The position numbers and the translations under genes are program-made. Shown here piece after piece: positions 17,126-26,400 of a DNA stretch of 58,639 nucleotides (positions are counted from its first letter, which is position 1; every line of letters begins with the position of its first letter). A model generated the notes under the pieces. The model had not been told where the DNA came from and did no database searches. It was given only the letters and a program-made list of their open reading frames with translations. This stretch comes from Opitutales bacterium (GTDB lineage: Bacteria > Verrucomicrobiota > Verrucomicrobiia > Opitutales > JABDGR01), in the NCBI GenBank assembly GCA_035546135.1, contig DASZWY010000273.1, positions 1 to 58,639 on the forward strand. Reading direction: 5' to 3'.

Positions 17126-17748
17126 GCTCCAAAGAAATTCGTTATTGTTCGCAGAGTGAAATTTCAGAGAGAAACAGCAAATTTTCGGCACCTATAGCCT
17201 CGGAATCGCAATCACCGCCATTCGACGATCCAGGACACGCGCAAAAAATCAGATTCGTCAGCCGTGGATTTACCCTGTCTTGTCAACGAATAATTGGGGT
17301 CTAGGGGGGTGTCCAGTATGGGTGTATGACACGTGGTAGCCTGTGGTAGCTGCGCTAAAGCAAACAATGGCGGACGAATTAAGACCGAAAAGTTAGTGTC
17401 ACCGCCCCCCACATTGGCCCTCCGTAGCAAAGGCCAACGTCACGCGCAGACAATGTCAATTGCTTATCGCTTTCCCTTTTGATGCCGACGCGCGCATTTG
17501 CCAGTTACGGCAAGCTGACAGCATGGCCTATAGCCAGCTTGAGGGCCGCTACAACCAATCGGCGCGCTGGGTACCTGGACCCCCCACCCCCTCACTGAAA
17601 ACAGTCTCTTTGCCCACCCCACCCCCTATCATTTGGGGTTAGTTGCCCCCCCACATATTTTTGGCGTGTATGGCCGCACAAGAAATTCAATACCCTTGAC
17701 GAAACATCAGCCTAGCAGAAAAGTAGAGCCAACCCACCGCCACCGTCC

Positions 17749-20700
17749 ATGCCACGCACTTCTATAGTAACTGAAGAACTATTGGACTCCCAGGCGGACT
17801 TTGCTCATAGCCGGGGATTATTGCCAGAAATTATCTTACGCCTAATTTTGGCTTCAGACGTGCAGCCTACAGTATTGCGGGTTCCGACTCAGGGAAGTGT
17901 CGGCCAGCCTGGATGGGATGCTGAACTAGATACGGCGACCGGGTTCGACTCGTTTATTCCTGTTGGGCCAAGTTTTTGGGAAATGTCGTGCGCTAGAGAC
18001 CCCGAGGCTACCGCAACAGAAAATTTCAATAAACGCACCGCGCAAACCGATCTTTCCGTACAAGAAAAATCCACATTCATTTTTGTTACCCCACGTTCTG
18101 CTATGCGCGGATGGAACAGTGAAAGCCAGAAGGCTTGGGCTGCGAAATGCAAATCTGAAACAAAATGGAAAGATGTCCGCGTCATTGCCGGAACCGAGCT
18201 ATATGAATGGCTTTTGCTTTTTCCGGCGATTTCTTTTTGGCTTGCGAAAGAATTCGGTGTGCCAACTGGGGGATTAGAGATACCGTCCGAGCACTGGGAA
18301 AATTTGCGCAGCCATGGCCACCCTCCTCTGCCACCTGAGGCATTTCTGATAAATCGAAACGACGTGCGCGAAAAACTAAGGGCGCTTTTTAATGGTGAGA
18401 TTTTTGAACTCATTTTTCAGGCAAAATACCCGGAGTATAGCGTGGATGTGGTAGCTGCGTTTTTAGCCTCTCTCGAAAAAAACGAATCTTTGGCTTTTGC
18501 CGGGAAATGCCTTATCATCGGTGACGATGACACCTGGAAAAATTTGGCGACACGAATGCCGCCCCATGTATTTGTTGCGTTGCCGTCTCTTGATATTGAA
18601 TTTACAAACGCCAGCTTGCGAGCTGCGGCGCGGCGCCACGGACATCGTGTAATTTTTACTGCAACTCGAAGTTCCGAAGAACGCAGCAACTCGGTAAGGT
18701 TGAACGATCCCAAACCATACGAACTTGCCCAAATTTTGGAAAAGGCCGGCTACACTGAAGAGCGTGCTCGAGCCTTAACCGCTAAATCAGGTGGCTGTTT
18801 ATCTACATTCAAACGTTTACTGCTGGACGTAACTGGAATTCCGGAATGGGGCCAAAATACTGTGGCGGCGGATTTGTACATTGCCAATTTGATTGGCAGA
18901 TGGGACGGCAATAACCCCAACGATCAGAAAGCCGTAGAATTATGTTTGGGAAACGCGTACGGGGGATGGATAAAAAAAATCCTCCCCCTAACAGTGCAAA
19001 AGAATCCGCCAATCAGCCAACGAAATGAAAAATGGAAATTCATTTCAAGATATGAGGCTTGGCGGGTACTGGGTTCTTATGTGCAAAGTATCGATCTCGA
19101 CCGGTTTTCAAAAGTTGCCATAGAAGTTCTTCAAGAAATTAGTCCTGCATTGGAACTGGCCCCAGACCAGCGCTGGATGGCTAATGTTCACGGGAAAAGC
19201 CCGAAGTATTCCGAGTCAATCAGAGAGGGAATTGCGGAAACTCTAGTTTTGCTCAATGCTTATCCGCAAAGCCTGCAATCATGTCCTTTGGATAAAGTTA
19301 AAGCTACTGCTGATTTAATAGTCCGAGCGACGTTGGCAAAGGCAGATTGGAAGCTTTGGGCTAGTCTAATTGATGTAATGCCTTTACTGGCTGAGGCGTC
19401 GCCCGATGAATTTCTAAACGCGATAATCAGAGATTTAGGCTCTGACACACCTGAAATATATAAACTTTACGACCAAGAAAGCGACGCCTTTACCGGCAGA
19501 AATTATTTTACGGGCATCTTATGGGCGTTGGAACTCTTGGCATGGAATCAAAATTACTTAGCTAGAGTTGCCTTGATCCTTGCAGAATTGGCCTCAGATG
19601 ATCCAGGCGGAAAGTGGAGCAACAGGCCCATTAATTCCTTAGTCTCAATTTTCCTGCCATGGCATGTGCAAACATGTGCAACTGCAACTGAGCGTGAAGC
19701 TATAATTTCAAAAATTCTAAGTCGGTTCCCTGAAACTGGATGGACTCTCTTACTGCGACTACTCCCCAGTTCACATGAAGCTACATCCGGGACATATAAG
19801 CCTGCATTTCGCGAATGGATTCCAGATAATTACGAACCAAACGTAGGGCATGATGAATACGTAGCCCAAGTTGACGTACTTACCACACTGGCCCTTAATT
19901 TTGCGGCAGATAGAAAAGAGAAGCTTCCAATCTTAATTGAGCGCCTCGACAGCTTCCCGCCGGCAGTTTTTAATACATTCCTAGACCTGCTTTCATCGTC
20001 ATCGATACAGTCTATAGGCGACGAAGAAAAATTTACGATCTGGAAAGCATTAAACGAGTTCATTTCCAAACACCGGAAGTTCCCTGACGCAGATTGGGCG
20101 ATTTCAGAGGAACATCTTAGCCGCATTGACGCAGTAGCAAATAATTTAGAGCCTTCCTCTCCGTCATGGAAACATCGTCGAATCTTCGATGACGATGACT
20201 ATAACCTAGTAGACCCCAAATTAGATTACGACGCTGGCGCTACCGTCTTGGCAAAACAACGCCTTGATACCGTAAGCGAATTATTTGCTTCCGGTGGTTT
20301 GGATGAAATTTTAAAATTTTATAAAAAAGTAGGACATCCCTGGCAGGTCGGATTTAGTTTTAGCCAAATCGCAACTGAGACCGAAGATAGCGCACTACTG
20401 CCCACCTATCTTCGCCTTAATGATGAAGCTACCGTCCGATTCATCAGTGGCTATATATTTGGCCGCTTTTCCCACAAGGGTTATCCTTGGGCAACTTCGA
20501 TTATCGCCTCATCATGGAATTTAAAAGAGAAGTTTTTCGTATTAACCACCTTGCCATTTAAACGCTCTACTTGGATTTTAGCCGAACAAACACTTGGCGC
20601 TGAAATCCCCATATATTGGACTGATGTTCGCGTAAACCCCCACCAAATTGATGCGCCAGACCTACCCGACGCTATTCAGCGCTTGATTAATACCAAGCGA

Positions 20701-21537
20701 TTCGTTGATGCCTTAAGATGCCTCGGAAGGGCTGTTTATGACAAAATAAAAATAAGTCCCATCCTCGCAATATCAGTGCTAGAGGGCTACGTTAATGCGG
20801 AGAATAAAGGCGGGGGTGCTATGGATGCACATTATTGCACTGAAACAATAAAGACGCTTCAGGAAAATCCCGAAACCGACATTGAAAAGCTACGTGCAAT
20901 CGAATGGAGTTACTTGCCATTGCTTGACGGTCATCGTGGGGGTGCAAGACCCAAATCACTAGAACTTGCCATAGCCACCGATCCTGACTTTTTTTGTAAG
21001 CTAATTACGACCGTGTTTCGCTCAAGGTCAGCACCAAAACGGGAAGAACCTACAGATTCAGGAAAAAAGATCATTGAAAATGCCTATAGATTATTGCGCG
21101 AATGGTCTATAATTCCCGGCCAACGTGATGATGGCAGTGTTGATAAAGAAGCATTAACTGCATGGCTAAAAATGGTGATTACTAGCACGACAGCATCAGG
21201 ACATTTAGAGGTTGCGCTAAGCCATGTAGGACAGGTGCTTTCTCATGCACGGCCCGATCCTGATGGCTTATGGATTTCTCGTCCGGTGGCCGAGGTGCTT
21301 AATGCCTCCGATATGGAGGCTGCAAGAAATGGGTTTAGAGTAGCTAAATTTAACAGCCGAGGCGTAGTCATGGGAACCAAAGGCAAGGGCGAAAGAGAAC
21401 TTGCCTCAAGGTACAATCAACAAGCAACAGACATTGAAATAGATTATCCAAATCTTTCAGCGACCATGCGTGAGCTGGCCAAGTCCTACGAGCGATATGC
21501 TGAGCGCGAAGAAGCTAGCGACCCATTTGAGGATTGA
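17749..21537 (+). CDS. large orphan protein (1262 aa), island cargo, function unknown
   Basis: Single uninterrupted ORF with AT-rich codon usage like the rest of the island. I can find no P-loop, helicase or recombinase motif. The N-terminal ~170 aa are a mixed alpha/beta-looking domain (GWDAELD...FWEMS...TFIFVTPR...WKDVRVIAG) and the rest looks helical-repeat-like. Confidence 0.8.
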   Translation: MPRTSIVTEELLDSQADFAHSRGLLPEIILRLILASDVQPTVLRVPTQGSVGQPGWDAELDTATGFDSFIPVGPSFWEMSCARDPEATATENFNKRTAQTDLSVQEKSTFIFVTPRSAMRGWNSESQKAWAAKCKSETKWKDVRVIAGTELYEWLLLFPAISFWLAKEFGVPTGGLEIPSEHWENLRSHGHPPLPPEAFLINRNDVREKLRALFNGEIFELIFQAKYPEYSVDVVAAFLASLEKNESLAFAGKCLIIGDDDTWKNLATRMPPHVFVALPSLDIEFTNASLRAAARRHGHRVIFTATRSSEERSNSVRLNDPKPYELAQILEKAGYTEERARALTAKSGGCLSTFKRLLLDVTGIPEWGQNTVAADLYIANLIGRWDGNNPNDQKAVELCLGNAYGGWIKKILPLTVQKNPPISQRNEKWKFISRYEAWRVLGSYVQSIDLDRFSKVAIEVLQEISPALELAPDQRWMANVHGKSPKYSESIREGIAETLVLLNAYPQSLQSCPLDKVKATADLIVRATLAKADWKLWASLIDVMPLLAEASPDEFLNAIIRDLGSDTPEIYKLYDQESDAFTGRNYFTGILWALELLAWNQNYLARVALILAELASDDPGGKWSNRPINSLVSIFLPWHVQTCATATEREAIISKILSRFPETGWTLLLRLLPSSHEATSGTYKPAFREWIPDNYEPNVGHDEYVAQVDVLTTLALNFAADRKEKLPILIERLDSFPPAVFNTFLDLLSSSSIQSIGDEEKFTIWKALNEFISKHRKFPDADWAISEEHLSRIDAVANNLEPSSPSWKHRRIFDDDDYNLVDPKLDYDAGATVLAKQRLDTVSELFASGGLDEILKFYKKVGHPWQVGFSFSQIATETEDSALLPTYLRLNDEATVRFISGYIFGRFSHKGYPWATSIIASSWNLKEKFFVLTTLPFKRSTWILAEQTLGAEIPIYWTDVRVNPHQIDAPDLPDAIQRLINTKRFVDALRCLGRAVYDKIKISPILAISVLEGYVNAENKGGGAMDAHYCTETIKTLQENPETDIEKLRAIEWSYLPLLDGHRGGARPKSLELAIATDPDFFCKLITTVFRSRSAPKREEPTDSGKKIIENAYRLLREWSIIPGQRDDGSVDKEALTAWLKMVITSTTASGHLEVALSHVGQVLSHARPDPDGLWISRPVAEVLNASDMEAARNGFRVAKFNSRGVVMGTKGKGERELASRYNQQATDIEIDYPNLSATMRELAKSYERYAEREEASDPFED

Positions 21538-21598
21538 TAATTCAGTAAATCAATTTCCTACTAAGTTTTGCGGCAAAAAATATGATTTAAGAAAAAAC

Positions 21599-22360
21599 TT
21601 ACGGCCCCATGTTTGTCACTGTAACGGTCGTTGGCGCAATGCCTGGCCCTATTACAAAGTAGTCATGTGGTGTGGTGCGATATATGAAGTCCTGAAACTG
21701 CTGTTGTTGCTGTTGCGCGGCCTGCTGTTGTCTCCAGCTTTGGACTTCTTGTAATTGTTGTTGCTGGGTAAGAAGCTGAGAGTAGGACAAAAGCATCATA
21801 TTACGCTGGTAGGCGGCCTGTTGTTGCTGTTGCGCGGCCTGCTGTTGTTGGCGCTGCTGTTGAGCTTGCTGCTGGGCAACCTGAGCCCTCTGCGCGTCTA
21901 CTTGCTTGATGCGAGCAAGCAATGCAGGAATCATTTTGTTCATATATTCGGCTTGTTGCGCCGTGTCCATTTTCACCAAAGAACGCAGCATGGCATCCAT
22001 TTCAGCGGGGAGCATATAACCAGTTTGCACCATTTTTTGAAATGCATCCCGAAACCTCTGATCAACGGGATAGAGCTTCGTCGGTACTGACACTTCAGAA
22101 ACTGCCTTATCCGCAGATGGCGGTTTGTCGGTTAGCGACGTGGGTATGTCCGTGGCCTTGCCGTCTTCTAGCACAATTTGACCTTCGGGGTAAGTCAGCA
22201 CAGTACGGTTTTTAGTGCTGGCGTAAGAAGTCGGGACACCTAGCACCGCAATAATCTGCGCCTCAGAGGCACCCAAGTGCACAAGTCGAGGCGGTGGTGC
22301 GTCTGCTGCACAGGCTAAAGCAGCCAGCATAAGCCCCACGATTGCCGTAAATGATCGCAT
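21599..22360 (-). CDS. secreted glutamine-rich protein
   Basis: 253 aa. Signal peptide MRSFTAIVGLMLAALACAADA. The C-terminal half has Q/A-rich coiled low-complexity sequence (AQQQAQQQRQQQQAAQQQQQAAYQ...). An identical 31-nt segment lies at 21701-21731 and 21818-21848, an in-frame internal duplication. Confidence 0.7.
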   Translation of the reverse strand: MRSFTAIVGLMLAALACAADAPPPRLVHLGASEAQIIAVLGVPTSYASTKNRTVLTYPEGQIVLEDGKATDIPTSLTDKPPSADKAVSEVSVPTKLYPVDQRFRDAFQKMVQTGYMLPAEMDAMLRSLVKMDTAQQAEYMNKMIPALLARIKQVDAQRAQVAQQQAQQQRQQQQAAQQQQQAAYQRNMMLLSYSQLLTQQQQLQEVQSWRQQQAAQQQQQQFQDFIYRTTPHDYFVIGPGIAPTTVTVTNMGP

Positions 22361-22431
22361 GATCGACCCGAATAATCCTAGTCAATTTTGCCGGTGTCAA
22401 GTTGGAATCTGAATTCCCTACAATGGAGTGA

Positions 22432-22731
22432 ATGGGCAGCCTAGAAAATCTCCGCCACAACGCGAAACGGTTACGCATCGCCCAAGGCTTAAGCCAGGAG
22501 GCACTTGCGGAGAAGGCTGGCCTCGAATATAAGCACTACCAGAAGATCGAAACGGGTCTATTGAAAGGCGTTCAACTGCGCACGATTGACTCAGTGGCTG
22601 GGGCCTTGAGAGTGACGGCGAGTGTTTTGCTTTGCGACCCAGCAGAGTTGCCCGCAAAGGCACTTCCCAACTTGCCCAGCGGCAGGCCACACAAAAAAAG
22701 AAAAAAGAGAAACGGGCAAACAGTTGCTTAA
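22432..22731 (+). CDS. XRE-family helix-turn-helix transcriptional regulator
   Basis: 99 aa. LRHNAKRLRIAQGLSQEALAEKAGLEYKHYQKIETG is a canonical Cro/C1-type HTH. It has a basic C-terminal tail. Confidence 0.85.
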   Translation: MGSLENLRHNAKRLRIAQGLSQEALAEKAGLEYKHYQKIETGLLKGVQLRTIDSVAGALRVTASVLLCDPAELPAKALPNLPSGRPHKKRKKRNGQTVA

Positions 22732-23420
22732 ACCTCTCGCATATGAGCTGTCTTCAACTTGAAATTCAAATCCTTTTTTACTGATTTGCATAGGGCAGAA
22801 AATTTATCTAGTTTGGCTATTCTATCTTTGAGCCGCTTTATCGTAAAAGCCCTTACTTCGGAAGCGTAGTTTTGGGGATTCTTCAAATTTCTTTCAGTTA
22901 AAAGCTGAATGGCTTTTAATTCATCTGGGGGCGGATCTGAAATGTCATTTTTAAGATAAAATTTTGCCTTCTTGCTTGAAGCACCTTCAGTTGCTTCACT
23001 TAGCAAAAGTTCGATAATTGTGCGTGCCGCTTCATCTATAACAAGTATCAGCTGAGTATAAGTTTCCACCGAGCTCTTTTCATCGCTATTATCCGCTTCT
23101 GTAGAACCCGTGCTAGCGAACGAACGATAAAACGACTGTGGATTTTCCGGATCTAGTCTACTTAGTGTATTAAAGATGGGCTCAAAGTCTTCAAAAGGTC
23201 TGTGTCCACGCGGGTAAAAGGCCCTATGTTGCCACAATTGCAGAATTGCCCTGAAGCATCTCTCATCAGCTTCAGTTTTATCAGCCCCCTTTGCATTCTC
23301 GGCAATTTCAATTTGCTCTGCAATGTAATGCGCGATCCATTTAGATAAAGTGTCCACGCCAGGCTCAATCCCTAGCTCATCTACCAACTGATTACCCAAC
23401 GTTATAGCTTTTTTCTGCAT
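22728..23420 (-). CDS. hypothetical 230-aa protein, partner gene overlapping the 3' end of the giant NTPase gene
   Basis: The track ORF is 22728..23477. The most plausible start is ATG at 23418-23420 (MQKKAITLGNQ), which lies 29 nt inside the upstream 2102-aa ORF in a different frame. The protein looks helical and acidic. No family recognised. Confidence 0.65.
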   Translation of the reverse strand: MQKKAITLGNQLVDELGIEPGVDTLSKWIAHYIAEQIEIAENAKGADKTEADERCFRAILQLWQHRAFYPRGHRPFEDFEPIFNTLSRLDPENPQSFYRSFASTGSTEADNSDEKSSVETYTQLILVIDEAARTIIELLLSEATEGASSKKAKFYLKNDISDPPPDELKAIQLLTERNLKNPQNYASEVRAFTIKRLKDRIAKLDKFSALCKSVKKDLNFKLKTAHMREV

Positions 23421-26400
23421 CTTTGAGAACCCCGTCAGAGGAAAATATAAATATTTTATGCGATGGTGGAATATCAAGACTATTATCTTTCGCGCCTCCC
23501 CTATAATAACTGTGATGCCTAGAACGCCTAACCTGAACCTCGAATATTAAATGCTTGTTTTGTGCAGCACATAGTCGCTTTAGGAAATCCTCGTTTGCGC
23601 AAATTTTCTCGCCGTAGCGATAGGGCCAATCTTCTCGTTGCCCGATTTTTTGGTCACTCCAGACTTCGTTTGTTAAAACTCGCCCTTCAACGCCAGGCAT
23701 ATACCAATAGCGCTCCTCATCAGAATCTGTAAATAACTTCAGGGATTCAGCGAACGGCTGACCAACTTCACTGGGGGGATAGTGAATGTTCCTAGCAAAT
23801 GGGTCGAATTCATCTCGCCCCTTGTCCATACCTCTAGTTTTTATCCAGCCTGTAAGTTCAAATGGTGGGCACTTATACTCCATTTCATTATCTAGATAAG
23901 AAGGTAGTCGAAAATTTCTGGGGTCTTTACAATAACTCAATGCATTTGCAAGCGACTGCGAAGCGCTTGGATTCACTAGCGCACTTGCAATACTCACGTA
24001 TTCCACCAAGTCATTATGGCAATTAGACCAGCTGGCTCTCACGCATATGGATCTGGGCATGGGGCATTGCTCCAAAAGCATCTTAAGAAAATAGTCGGCA
24101 GAAAGAGTCGTGAGCCATTCATCCTCCTTTATTCCCTTTGACCATTTTGCATGTGCTGCCGGCGTAGGGTCTCGTCTGTCAGCCAACCACTTCCCGTCTG
24201 TGCGGGTCAACAAATGTCTTTGCAGCCAGTCAGTCCATGCATTCTCACCTTCGGGGTCATTAATGTGGCGAATAACGGGCAGTTCTTTGAGCAATTTGGC
24301 CGCTACTGACAAAAATGCATGATAAGAATAATAAAAACGAAAACAGTCAATATAGGGATAGCTTCCGTGACTATGAGAGGTGCTTTGATCCCTATGATTC
24401 AAATTTTTCCAAAGGTTTTGACGTGGATCATCAACCCACTCTTTATTTTCAACAATTTTCAAGTGATTAACTGCCATCTGTCCGGCAAGCTCGGTAACTT
24501 GATCTTCATATACCCCAAAAACAGGGCCGAATTGGGTAAACCAATAATGATCAAAATCCCAATCGAATTTTAATTTTAAACCTGGATCTGCTTGCCAAGT
24601 GCGATCGGTCTTGTAGCGGTAAGGGTCAACAACGAGCGGCTGTAACGTGCTTGTGCCAACTTTCTTAAGTTCGGTGACACTCTTCCGTGAATAGGTTGCG
24701 GGGAATTTGCTTTCAATAGAAAGTGCAATTCTGGCAGAAGTTACTTGTATAAGAGCGTGGGGAACACCCTTTAAGGCAATATCTGAGAACAGCAAGGCAT
24801 GACGCTTCAACAAACTACAATCATCTAACGCAGCACGAGCAAAGGCTATTAATAAATATAGCGTGGAGTGTAATTCATAAAATGGGAATTTCTTGCTGCC
24901 AAATGGCCCTACCCCACCAGTTCGCATCCATTTTACAAGTGAAGCAATCTCAGGGGCGCAGGAATATTCACAAAGCCTCCGTACGCAATGCACCGCCTGC
25001 CAACGCATAGTTGCATATGGCGACCCTAAGGCAGACCAAATCAGCCCGCATACGGCATCTGGAATATTATCCGGTGAAGATAACCATGCCTCCCAAGGCC
25101 CATCAGCAAAATTATCGTCAACATACAACTCAAAGCGGCATAATGCATAGTCTAGCAAAACGCGCGCCTCTGTAGGCGACAATAGATTCGCTGTATTCGA
25201 TATAAATCCAAAAAACGCCTCCGCACTTACTAATTCGGGTGACTCAGAGAGGCCTTTCGTGATTCCAGCCTTAATTACGGTAGCTTCATCATCATTTAAG
25301 CCACACATTTGCAGCCAAAATGACAAGTTATGCCTATCGGAAAGTGTCAGTGCTAGGCGCTTTCCTATTTTATTGAGAAATTGGCTCCAGATTTGCTTTA
25401 CTGAAATTTTTTCCTTCCATACAGAAATTACCGGAATTGCATATGAGGCCGCATGGTGGTCTAAGCCTTCAAAATCAGCTATCATGTCAAGAAATTTACA
25501 TTCCTTGCCCAATGGCACCTTCTTTATGATATCACGCCAATTATCTGAAAACTCACGAGGAAAGTCCGTTGAATACATTGCCAATATCGCCCTTTTTAAT
25601 TCGTCAGGATCAAATACATTAATTTGATTTAAAAACTTTGCGTACTCTAATGAACTGCGCTTAACCGCTTCATTTTCAGGAGAAAATTGTCTTATTGAAG
25701 CATTATTTTCATATTCTGCGCTAACCGACTCTTTGGCGACTTCCATAATCTTTCTTGTTTGCAATTTACACTCAGTAGCAACCGACATAAGTGCATCCAG
25801 ATCTTGCTTGGCAGCATTTGCTAATTGAAAATCTTTAATGGCACATTCGAGGATATGCTGCTGCTTATTCTTTGATGTTTCGAGTCGTATGCAGCTCTCA
25901 GCGTGCTTAATCGAAGCATTACAACCTACGAAGCCAGAAAAACACCAGGCAAGCGCTGGATTAATTATTTTTAAGCGAAGAGACTCAAGCACCAGTGCCT
26001 TGATGTGATCGCTAAACCACCCAATATCCCTATCACGCCAACGACTAAGCGCTGAATAGGCCGCCGAAGGGTTCAATCTAACAGCGACACGAAAAACCTC
26101 ATCGCGATCCCAATATTTTTCACGAACGACGTTCTCCCCAATCATTTCTCCACATCTGATATAGCGATAAGCTAATCTCTGTTCGCATTTATCTCCCTCT
26201 CCAGCACGACGTGCAATTGCTGTAACAGCATCCCATCGCTGAATCATTTCACCTCCAAACTTTGCTAAAGCCTCAACCGCAGTGTTAAAGTATGCTGTCG
26301 CATCAGCAGTGCTTTTTGAAATTACGGCTCGCGCGAGCGCGACATACCACTCCGCCCGCTCCTCAGGTGTTTCACTCGCAGCGTCTTGCAAGGTTGAACG

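Noticed and set aside
21690-21870. CTG/TTG-rich periodic DNA that looks like a tandem repeat array
   Set aside because: It is the antisense of CAG/CAA glutamine codons inside the Q-rich protein ORF. It is coding low complexity with one exact 31-nt duplication. It is not a CRISPR array or a satellite.
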